Shown here in pieces: positions 54,400-64,000 of a stretch of 64,000 nt of DNA. The DNA is from Podarcis cretensis. Its lineage: Eukaryota. Within the stretch, counting starts at the first letter, position 1, and every line of letters starts with the position of its first letter. The stretch covers positions 25,048,001 to 25,112,000 of the forward strand of contig OX638164.1 in assembly GCA_951804945.1 (NCBI GenBank), in the 5' to 3' direction. The position numbers and the translations under genes were made by a program. Under the pieces are notes generated by a model. It ran no database searches. It worked only from the letters and a program-made list of their open reading frames with translations, and was not told where the DNA came from.

Positions 54400-55650
54400 A
54401 GCACAGGATCTCGTCGCAAGAAAACCTGGAATCCAACGGTACATGGAGAGGAGGAGGAGGAGGAGGATGGCAATGCTACCGTCGTCAGCGGCCACGACCC
54501 CTCCCCACGTCCCCGCCCTACCCCCCCGACCCCTCTCTGCGCACCCCCTTCCAGCCTCGCCCCACTTTCTGCCCCCTCGGCGGCCACGCCCCAGCCCCCC
54601 CGACCTCGCACCTTGTCCATGAGCTTCCAGCACTTCTCGACCATCTTCTTGTCCACGGTGCCGGGCTGGTGGGGGCCGAGGTGGTGGTGGTGCGGCTGGA
54701 AGGCGTCCTTCATGAGCCCGATCAGCCCGCCGGGGCCCTTCTTCAGCGGGGCCGACATGGGGGCGGCGGCGAAGAGGGGCAACGGCGGCGGCGGCGGAGG
54801 CTCCGGCTGAGGGAGGGACGGAGGGCGGGCGGCTAAGGCGTGTCCCTTCCGCCAGGCCGCTCCTTCCCCGGCTTGGCCACCGACTGTCGAGGCGGCGGAG
54901 GAGAAGGGGAGGCGGCTCCAGGAGCGCCGGGGACGCGCCCGACTGACGAAGAAAAAGGGAAGCGGGCGGGCAGGAAGGCAGGAGGAGGTTGCGCGCGACG
55001 GAGGGGGAGGCGCGCGCGTTAAACCCCCGCCCCCCCGTGACAGGATCGCGAGCCTCCCCCGGCGGGGCGCTCTGATTGGCTGTGGCAGTGGCGAGGGTGG
55101 GAGGAAAGCCGAGAGTGTGTGTGTGTCTGTGTGTGGAGGAGGGGAGAAACGCTCCCTGAGGGGAGGCGCGTTCTGATTGGGTCGCTCGTTTTCAACAGCC
55201 CGCCCCTAGGGTTGAGTCGCGTTTTTGATTGGCCAGAGCTCCCCCTCCCAAACAGCGAAGGGGGATGGGCGAGGGGCGGGGCGGCGGAGGTCTCAGTATG
55301 TTTCGTGAGCGCGCGGTGAGTTAGGCGCGCGACCGAGCAGGCGGCTTTAAAAGTGGTTGGCTCATTCTTAGCGAGTTCTCTTCTTCTTCTTTAGTACCGT
55401 GAGCGCACACGCTGAGTGAGACGCGCTCCCGCGCTCCCGACTGTCAACGCTGAAGGGAAGAGGAAAACCGGCCCACTTAGGAAAAAGAGGCTCCGCCCGA
55501 CTAGCGCCTTATTAGCATAGTCACGTCTTGATTGGCCTTTCTCTCACTAAGGCGTTTAGTTCAGTGTGCCGGCTGCTGCGCATGGTCAAAGATGGAGCGG
55601 CGCCGAGCATGCGCAATTTCGAAAAGGCCAACAGGGTGGCCATGATGAAT
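54400..55650. promoter_or_regulatory. CpG island / CBL promoter, probably bidirectional
   Basis: Very high GC and CpG density; GC boxes; four TGATTGG (CCAAT) boxes near 55073, 55154, 55226 and 55529; NRF1-like GCATGCGCA near 55607. Confidence 0.85.
54612..54758 (-). CDS. CBL: CBL exon 1
   Basis: [49 protein letters not shown]; donor gtgcga. Confidence 0.95.
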
Positions 55651-57913
55651 TTGGGCAACGGGAGAAGCACTTCATGGATGCTATACAGGCATATGCAAAG
55701 TTATGCAAATTTCATAAAAGTAAGGATTGATGCCTGGGTTCTTGAAGGAAGCCTAGCTGGCGAACCTGAGCCAGCTGGCAGACTACCTCGTGAGGCAGTG
55801 AATGCCCAGCATTGGAAGGGAGAGATTTGGGCAGGCATGCAAATAAAAGATGCAATAGGTAGTTTGCTGGGACCCCTTTGTTTTCAACTCCTTAAGGATG
55901 AATGCAGTTACAACACCATGCATGTGAAATCGATTTCTTTGCAAAGTTGTGAAAACCTAACTAAAGAGTATTTGTACCAAGGAAAGGGAGGGACTTGGGA
56001 GTAGTAAAGGGCTCTGTTCCACAGCAGATAAGGGAAGTAACTACACTCCTTTAAATAGGAAAGCAGAAATGGAGAGAAGCCTTTTTCTTTTGAAATAAGT
56101 GAGTCATTAACGTTACCAACAACTAAGAGGAATCAATCCAACAGAAGATCCTGTTTAGAGACTACCCCACAGGAAGAGGGTGAGGAAGAAGGCTGTTCTG
56201 TGGCAAAGGGGGGAAACTCCCACGACCCGTAGACTTAAATTGCAGAACCCCAGCATAATCTCAGGGGTCAGAGGTCAGCCCTAAAATGCAGCACCCAGCT
56301 GTTGAAACATCACAAACTCTGGAATCATCTCATGAATTGGAGTTGTAGCACTAAGTGGAGCAGCCTGGCTGCATCAGTCCTCTTTGGATCCTGCAGGTTT
56401 GGCAGGGATCATGTCCTTTCTCACTGAGCCTTTGTGGTCCTCACCCCACATCTGAACTTGAGATGTGGAAGCAAACAACAACAACAAAACAAATCCCATG
56501 TAGCAAGTTCAAAAGGGAGCAGACAAGCACTTCCCTTTTCTCCTGTAGCCACATGATGTGCTGTTTTCGCATAACCATCAGTCCACATTAGCTATGTCAT
56601 GCTTTCTAGCTGTGATCTCAGCTGCTACGTGTGTGGACCTAGCCTGGTCTGATCTTCAGGAATTTTGGGGAGTAGAAGATAGCTGCAGAGTGCAGAGTCC
56701 TTCCTGAGCCAAACTAGCGGTTCATCTAACCAAGTATTGTCTGCTCTGACTGGCAGCTGCTCTCAAGCATCACAGGATGGATACAGTCATGACATTGGCA
56801 ACTGTGTGCAGTGTGGGAATTGCCTGCAAACCCTACTTGAGCCTCCCTGAACTTTCTAAAGCAGGGATAGGCAATGCAGGGCTCTCCTCATGTACCAGAC
56901 TGTTAGCCATGAGGGCTGCTGCTAGTGTGAATTGTAGTCCAATATCCAGAGGGCACCATGTTGGCTATTCTGAAAGCAGATAGCAGAGATACTAATAGCA
57001 TCATAGATACTAATAGCAAATTCATTTGCTGAGTGGTAAGCTTTGTACATGCATTTATTCATTATATTTATGTAGCCAAATCCACAACAACCACGCACAA
57101 AAGGAAGAAATCGGCAGTCTCGGAGGAACCTGCAGGTTTGCAGAAAAAATGGGGCAAGTAAAAGGGGCAAGATCCTCCCCCCCCAAAAAAAAAAACACCT
57201 GTCCAATGAAGACTGAATATTATCAGTGGGCATGGGGTGCTGGCTGTTAGAGTGGGGAACTGGGAACAGAATAGAGGACCATAGAAGAAGATGTGGCTGG
57301 CTGCATCTGCTTGAACAGGAGCAAACTACATTGCAACATTAATTGTACTGTTTTATTACGGATGTGTTTTCCATGGGCTCCTTTGGGAGGAAGGGGAGGC
57401 TATTAAATATAATAAATAATAATAACATTTAGTTGTAGGGGCCACTTGAGTGACATATAATAATAAAATGTAGAATTGCAACATGAAGGGATACAACATT
57501 TCTCAAAGTAACATAAAAGGCAAAATCATAAGAAACCTTCAAACCTCCCCAAATGATCCCTGCCCCAAAGATCCTCCAAGTTAAACTTCAGCAGCGGAAG
57601 AGGGGAAGTCAACAATGCACATGTGGAAATCTTGTTCTATGTACTCAGCCTTCAGTTGTAGATGAGGACCTTGGTGTCAAAGCTGAGCCAAATGTTTTAT
57701 GGCGGAAAATGGGTTTGCTCTAAGAAGCTCTGTGCATAAGAGAATTTGGGGCCTATTTGATTCTTACCCCCTTCCCACCCCTTTCTGTTTCTGCAAAAGA
57801 AGTTTTGAACATGGGCCTGAAAATCCTCCAACCTCTCTTCTTTCAGGCCAATTGGATGCAATTTTGCAGACCTCCTTTGCTGGAGCACCGGTGTGTCTGC
57901 CAAGCTTCCTTTG

Positions 57914-57951
57914 GTCACCATGGCAGCAAAGAAGGACGGTTGCCTAGCGAC
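57914..57951 (+). promoter_or_regulatory. Tandem RFX X-box motifs upstream of CCDC153
   Basis: GTCACCATGGCAGC (57914-57927) and GTTGCCTAGCGAC (57939-57951); ATTGG near 58024; donor CAG|gtatgt at 58128/58129. Confidence 0.65.
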
Positions 57952-58378
57952 ACAAGGAGCCCCAACCTGTGCCAGCTGGGATAGGCTTGCCGAAAAGCCA
58001 GCGCCTCTTTCCCCTCCTTGCGCATTGGCTGCTTGTAATGACACTCTTGCAAAGAGTGTTTAGTTAACTGCCCACAGATTAACTTGTGAGAACCTGGGAG
58101 AAAGGCAGAAGAAACATTTTGCTCCCAGGTATGTTTGCCTCCACCTTTCTCTTCCACCATACAAACAGTTGTTCACTTGTCCACCCAAACAGCAGAGACC
58201 ACCCTCACTCTGCTGCCAAGAAATGTATGCCTCGTGTAAAAGGATGGCCCTCCGTAAGCTCCCCATCAGTACCAGTTTTAAGATCCGGCTCTTTTTTGAA
58301 CGTCAGGAGTTGGAATGCACCAAAAATATAATGTTTGTTCATCTTTTCCCTTTTGCAGGCTGTGGAGAACGCGCAAGG

Positions 58379-58442
58379 ATGGCCCCCACCAAAAAAGGGA
58401 AGGGGAAAAAATCAGCAAAGCAGAAGAAAAACACTGGGCCAG
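58379..58442 (+). CDS. CCDC153: CCDC153 (DRC12) first coding exon
   Basis: Acceptor ttttgcag ending at 58358; MAPTKKGKGKKSAKQKKNTGP is a Lys-rich N-terminus like CCDC153; donor gtaagg; syntenic position head-to-head with CBL. Confidence 0.85.
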
Positions 58443-58809
58443 GTAAGGCTTTGTGCAGCATGCAGGAGATTCCAGCAGCCCCATGCCTTGCAAATTCTTG
58501 TTTCCATGTGCCTTGCATCTCTTGGGATTTGAAACTGCTTTTACACACGCCATTGTTTCAACTGCTTTTGTACCTATGCAACTGCTTTTTGTGTTTACCT
58601 GCGCAATTGTTTGACGTTTTATATATACAATACTTTTATCTGTCATTGTTTTGTGAAAGCGCTTCAGGTTGCTTCATAGGAAACAATTCATAAATTAAAT
58701 GAATAATAATAATGGCACATCGATCAGGAGGTCTCGGTATCAGTGGCAATTAGTACCCAGCCAAAGTCTTTCAATTTCTCTTCCTCTCTCTCTTTCCTTC
58801 TCTCTGCAG

Positions 58810-58866
58810 ATGAGGAAAAGTACAGAAAAGCAGTGCTGGAGGTTGATACCTTAAAGCAGCACCTTG
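58810..58866 (+). CDS. CCDC153: CCDC153 second coding exon
   Basis: DEEKYRKAVLEVDTLKQHL; long polypyrimidine tract plus cag, donor gtgagg; phase 1-1. Confidence 0.85.
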
Positions 58867-59029
58867 GTGAGGAGATTTTGTTGATATTGCGCAAGGGCCT
58901 TAAGAGGTTACAGCAGAGGCGGCATTTTTGGAAGGGTCAGGTAGAAGGATTGCCAAGCTTTCTATGCTAATCTTATAGGAAGCTGCCTTATACCACTTCA
59001 GAAGGTTGATCCATCTTACTGTCTACATG

Positions 59030-59205
59030 CTAGGACTTGGAGACCAGGGTTCAAACTCTCACTCAGCCTTGAAGCTCACCTTGGAAGCCAGTCACTGCCT
59101 CTCAGCCTAACCTACCTCAAAGGGTTGCTGTGAGGATAAAACAGGGATGGGGACAACCCTGTACACCACCTCAACTTCTGTGGAGAAAAATGGTGGGATA
59201 CAAAT
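59030..59205 (+). mobile_element. tRNA-derived MIR/CORE-like squamate SINE (ends approximate)
   Basis: B-box GGTTCAAACTC then ctcagcctaacctacctc...gttgctgtgaggataaa. Confidence 0.7.
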
Positions 59206-59221
59206 ACAGTACAATACAATA

Positions 59222-59383
59222 CAGTGGTACCTCGGGTTACATACGCTTCAGGTTACAGACGTTAAGAACTTTGCTTCAGGATGAGAACAGAAATCGTGCT
59301 CCGGCAGCAGCAGGAGTGGTGCTTCAGGTTAAGAACAGTTTCAGGTTAAAAACAAATTAAGTACTTAACCCGAGGTACCACTG
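59222..59383. mobile_element. Tc1/mariner-type MITE (family A copy, internal deletions)
   Basis: CAGTGGTACCTCGGGTTA / TAACCCGAGGTACCACTG. Confidence 0.85.
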
Positions 59384-59809
59384 TATACTGGCTGGCAGTA
59401 GCTCTCCAGGGTTTCAGGCAAGGAGTCTCTCCAAGCCCTAACTGGAAATTCCAGGGATTGAACCCGGGACCTTCCACTGAGCTATGAACCTTCCGTGAAC
59501 AAAGGCACAAAGGGTTTGCCAGCACGGCTGTCTGGACCAGATTAGTAGCAGGACTACTGTCCCTTTCTGACCCCCCCCCCCTTCTCAGTTGACCAATCCA
59601 AGCATTTTCATGGAGAAGTGAAAATGGGAAATAGTTTCTGAGTGCATTGTGAAGCAAAGTGATTGCCACACAGTCCTTTTAATAATGGACTCCAAAATGA
59701 GTACTCTGCTGGGAGTAATTTTTAAATACTTTGCATTATAATTGCGGCAGACGCAGCTAAGTAGAGCACATGCAAAACATGGGCAAGCCCCCAGGTTCAA
59801 TCCTTAGCA

Positions 59810-59964
59810 CAGTGCTTTTCGGGGGGGGGGGGGTTACGCAGGGGTATGCATACTCCTAAACATTTTGTGAATCTAAGTTTGGCCTTATTGAGGGGCAGTA
59901 TTTCAATATGAGTAGGAAAATGAGAGTACCCCTGAACATTTTTTAAAGAAAAAAAAATGCACTG
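59810..59964. mobile_element. hAT-type MITE inserted in a tRNA-derived SINE remnant
   Basis: TIR CAGTGCTTTT / AAATGCACTG; 8-bp TSD CCTTAGCA / CCTCAGCA. Confidence 0.7.
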
Positions 59965-60764
59965 CCTCAGCATATCCAGTCAAAGGATCTTGGAAAGTGA
60001 CAAGCTGGGAAAAGATTTGGGGGCCTCTCCAGACATCCTTTTTTATTATTATTGCAGATTCAGTGATGATTTGTGAGTTCATGGTGCTAACAGGCCGATT
60101 GTACACAATCACGCTTTCAATAGTGTTTACGCCAGCGAAAGTTTCGGGGAAGGCGTACCACATCGTTTCTAAGGGGCACATGTCCCAGAGCTTCTTGCTT
60201 GTTACACTGCAAAATATTCCAAGACGGGACAGAGGTTTGTCCCACTTTTCATTGCACTATAATGCAAGAGTACATTACAAGGATGCAGCAACATTTGGGA
60301 AGTATTGCAGGACAAGCTAATCAAGCAGAGTGATGTTTGGAGAGTCCAGTACAAATTCATCCCAGTGCACTGTCAGTGTTGCCAAATATACCCACCAAAA
60401 ATAATAATACGAGGCTGGGGGAGTGGGGAATCTGCTTGCAGGATGACAGTGGTTTGGGTAAGCCAGGGTGGTCTGACATCACATTTGACAGAACTACTTT
60501 GGTTTTTTTTCCTAGAAACTCAAGATCCAGCAACTGGAGCCAGATGCAAAATCATGGCACTTTTTCTGGAGGGGCTGGGGGCTTCTGTACATTTACAGTT
60601 CTGTACATTTACAGCACTTGGAATAGTTTTCATTAGCAGAACTGAGCTCACCATCCAGTAACACAAAAATATGAATGCCACCCTAGGCTCTCTTTGTTTG
60701 ATCAGCCTAATTTAGTAAAATGTGTTTTTTTAGGGGGGTGATACTGTTGCTCTATTTATATTAT

Positions 60765-60988
60765 TATTATTTTATTATTACATTTATATCCCACTTTTTC
60801 CTCCAAAGAGCTCAAGGTGGCATACATGGTTCTTCCGCTCTTCATTTCATCCTCACAACAACCCTGTGAGGTAGGTTAGGCTGAGAGAGAGTGCATGGTC
60901 CAAGGTCACCTAGTGAGTGTCATGGCTGAGTAAGGGACTTGAACTCAGGCCTTCCACATCCTAGTCTAGCACTCTAACGACTACACAT
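60765..60988 (-). mobile_element. Same SINE family, reverse orientation, with AT-rich tail
   Basis: tcctcacaacaaccctgtgaggtaggttaggctgagaga...cttgaactc. Confidence 0.75.
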
Positions 60989-61518
60989 ACTAAACCACTG
61001 GGAGTCAGAAACTCTTGCCTACATCCTGAAAATTACCCAGATATCTGTCAGTGGATCTCAGCATCTGCCCACTCCTGACCAAGGAGTCAGCTTTCTATAT
61101 TTTACATAGACCCGGGGGTTCCCTATTTGTGAGAGTTCCCTTTTCCCCATTCTATCGCATGAAGAGCTCTGTGTAATGCAAAAGCTTGCATGCTCAAACA
61201 CTGAGATCATTAGCAGTCCAAGAGGCTCACTTGTCCACAAGAAGAAATGGAGCCTTTAGTGTCACCAGTCAAGTATTTTGGAACAATCAGCCAACAGGTA
61301 CTTTCAACAGGCACCCTTCTTTTAAAAACCTTTCTATCGTGCCATGCCTATGTAGGCAACTAAGGATGCATTTTTCCACAATAGTTAATTGAGGTGTGAT
61401 TTTCATTCTGATTTTATTTTTCAAAAAATGGTTTTTATTGCTTAGTTTTATGTACTATTGTAAACCGCTCTATAGTTACTATGAAATAGCAGTATATAAA
61501 TATTCATACAGACAAATA

Positions 61519-61754
61519 CAGTGGTACCTCTGGTTACATACTTAATTCGTCCTGGAGGTCCATTCTTAATCTGAAACTGTTCTCAACCTGAAGCACCACT
61601 TTAGCTAATGGGGCCTCCCACTGCGCCGCCGCCGCACGATTTCTGTTCTCATCCTGAAGCAAAGTTCTTAACCCGAGGTACTTTTTCTGGGTTAGCGGAG
61701 TCTGTAACCTGAAGCATATGTAATCTGAAGTGCATGTAACCCAAGGTACCACTG
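61519..61754. mobile_element. Tc1/mariner-type MITE (family A copy, opposite orientation)
   Basis: Interior is the reverse complement of 50686-50901. Confidence 0.85.
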
Positions 61755-61920
61755 TAAAGCAAGCCAGTCCAGGAAACGTACCCCTTTTAGCTGTTTTGCC
61801 CTCTCTGATAAGGAGATAATTATTTGTACAAAGGATCTGGGGAGCCAAATGAGAAAATAGGCATTGAGCCTCGATTGGATACATTTGCATGTCTGCTGTG
61901 TTTATCCTTCTGACCTGCAG

Positions 61921-62040
61921 TTCTCCGGAGGGATATGGCCAGGCAGGCGATGGCTGACAGTGAAGGACTCAAGCAGAGGCTGCTAGATCTGGAGAAAGAA
62001 CTGGAGGAGGCTCGAGGGGACAAAAAGGATATTTATGAAG
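61921..62040 (+). CDS. CCDC153: CCDC153 third coding exon (gene continues beyond window)
   Basis: VLRRDMARQAMADSEGLKQRLLDLEKELEEARGDKKDIYE, a coiled coil resembling human [20 protein letters not shown]. Confidence 0.88.
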
Positions 62041-63274
62041 GTGGGGGGCTCTTCCAGATGTCCTCTTCATTGAGTACATGCCCCAATCTCTGAGCAACAA
62101 TACACTCCAGGGATGCTTTCACCTTTCCAGAGTTTGGCTGCCTTGGAATGAAGGCCAATGGAAACATTGGTATCTTTAGGACTCATTGTTTTATTTACAC
62201 ATATGTGCAACTTGATCTTTCCTCCCCTTCAGGTTCTCTGGGAGATTCTCCAAGCCATAACTTTGGGTCTGGCACACAGCAAGACCAGTCTCTTATGTCT
62301 CTAGCTTCCAGCATCAGCCAAAATATATGCATACACAGCACCCCTTGGGCTCTTGTTCTCCCTCCTAGGATGATGTGCCAGGTGAGGTGGGAAAAGGTCC
62401 ACCCACTCGTCTCTATGACAGCAGGCAACCTCTTTGGACATGTAAATGGCAGTACTTAACTGGCCAGCCAAGGCCATTACCTTAACAAAGGAACCAGTTG
62501 GTTCCTTTGTATTCTCTGTATCCTTTGTATCCTCTGTATTCTCACAGATACAGGGTCACAGGTCTGGAAGGGACCCACAGGCACCATCTAGACTGAGCTC
62601 CTAAACCTGTAACAGTACTCACCCTGATTTATTTGCAGGGAGATTAGGTGACGTTATGTCAAAACAAACATTACCCCACACTACCCAGTGCATCTTCCTA
62701 TCACTTTCCTTATCACAAAACTCTGGTCTTCGGGGGGAAGTGGGTTTCTTGTGCAAGACTTTCCAATCAACCTGAATTGTGCAACTTGCAATATGCTGCT
62801 ATGTGACTGAATTCCACCCCCAAATAGTAACTTTTTGAAAGTGCAATGTGTCTGTAGTTGAGTGCCGTGCCCAGACCCTGCAATGAAGAGAAGAGCTTCA
62901 ACAGAAGATTTGAAGCAGCATTCAAGGGTCAATTTTGACCCTTAAGGGGCTCAGTAGTTTTGCCTTATTTTGATTTTCCTCTTTGGGCATCAAAACCTTT
63001 ACTCAGCGGTTCCCTTTCCACTTGATTGGTGCAGTTTTGAGATTTTCTGCAAATCAGCAGTATTGCCTTTCCAAGAGGGTCTCTGACATCTACCTGCCAC
63101 TTTACTCAGTCTCTAAATGCTACATTCACATGGCCTTGGGGTGTGAGGGATGCTTCCTATTAGTAGGGAGAGGGTTGTTCATTTTTCGTACCCCAATTAT
63201 CAGCACATATTCCTGCCCCGCTTAACTCCTTGCTCCATGACTCGTTTTGTTCTCTGTTGCACCTTCACGATGTA

Positions 63275-63531
63275 CAGTGGTACCTTGGTACTCAAACAGC
63301 TTGGCTTCTGAACAAATCGGCTCCTGAACGCCGCAAACGCAGAACTGAGCGTTCCAGTTTGCGAACGTTTTTTTGGAAGCCAAACATCCAACATGGCTTC
63401 TGCGGCTTCCCCTGGAGTGCAGGAAGCTCCTGCAGCCAATTGGAAGCCACACCTTGGTTTTCAAACGGTTTCGGAAGTCAAACGGACTCCCGGAACAGAT
63501 TAAGTTCAAGAACCAAGGTAGTACATGCCTG
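63275..63531. mobile_element. Tc1/mariner-type MITE related to 13893-14133 (reverse orientation)
   Basis: CAGTGGTACCTTGG start; shared ggaagccacaccttggtttt core; degraded right TIR. Confidence 0.7.
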
Positions 63532-64000
63532 TATACATCACTTTCTCTGTCCACTTCATTAATCGGATGTGGGCAGAAGTTCATGACGCAGTAAGCCAGT
63601 TGGTCTTCGCAAGACACTTCCTCAGGAAAATGCAATCACAGGATGTTGGCTTTGAAAAGTTCAGATGAAGGTAGCATTTCCCTCCGCAGCTAACACTGTG
63701 TTATATAATTCTGCACACAGACCCTTTGCGACTCTTATCTGCTTCCCCCCCCCCTCCTCCCTGCCCGGCAAAACTTCTCTTGTAAGCACATAGAGGCAAG
63801 ATATTTTTTTTCCTGTTTACCTTCTGTTACACCAGATAGACTTGATGCTACAAATCAGGGGTGGAGAACCTGCCTCCCCCCCAAGAGGTTTCCCATCATC
63901 GCCCATCATCCTTAGCCATTAGCCATATTGACTGGGGCTGATGCAAGTGGGAATCCAACAATGTCTGGAGGTTCCTCCATCCTGGCTGTAAATCTTAGGC

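Noticed and set aside
54759-55020. Open frame upstream of the CBL ATG, including the TTG start (54782) used by the ORF track
   Set aside because: Stop-free frames are expected in very GC-rich DNA; the ATG at 54758 fits the homologous start
55528-56004. 158-aa + strand ORF beside the CpG island
   Set aside because: No recognisable domain and a TTG start; better explained as promoter or leader sequence
61155-61235. Degenerate Penelope-type hammerhead ribozyme-like sequence
   Set aside because: Catalytic core (CUGANGA...GAAA) is not intact; at most a dead remnant

Overview
Vertebrate genomic DNA, most likely a lacertid lizard (Podarcis-like; inferred from Sauria SINE copies and the squamate-type MITE/L2/CR1 repeats). 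It carries the CCDC153-CBL-MCAM block known from human 11q23.3. (1) The last four coding exons and 3'UTR of MCAM/CD146 lie on + (1068-~6130). (2) A complete 16-exon CBL (c-Cbl E3 ligase) lies on - (ATG 54758, stop 10842; spliced CDS 2715 nt = 904 aa, all introns GT-AG, frame continuous). (3) A CpG-island promoter sits at ~54.4-55.65 kb. (4) The first three coding exons of CCDC153/DRC12 lie on + (58379-62040; the gene continues past the window). Introns hold many Tc1/mariner-type and hAT MITEs, SINEs, CR1/L2 fragments, a Penelope-type inverted repeat and a solo LTR. Almost all ORFs in the supplied track are spurious. I found no convincing wholly new multi-gene system. The best leads are a candidate 12-nt MCAM microexon that makes a stop at the splice junction (soluble or NMD isoform, possibly switched by a NAGNAG acceptor), a tandem RFX X-box promoter for CCDC153, a solo LTR next to CBL exon 10, a FRA11B-like CCG tract in the CBL 5'UTR, and two large hairpins in CBL introns. 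Comparisons with human genes are from memory, not from alignments.
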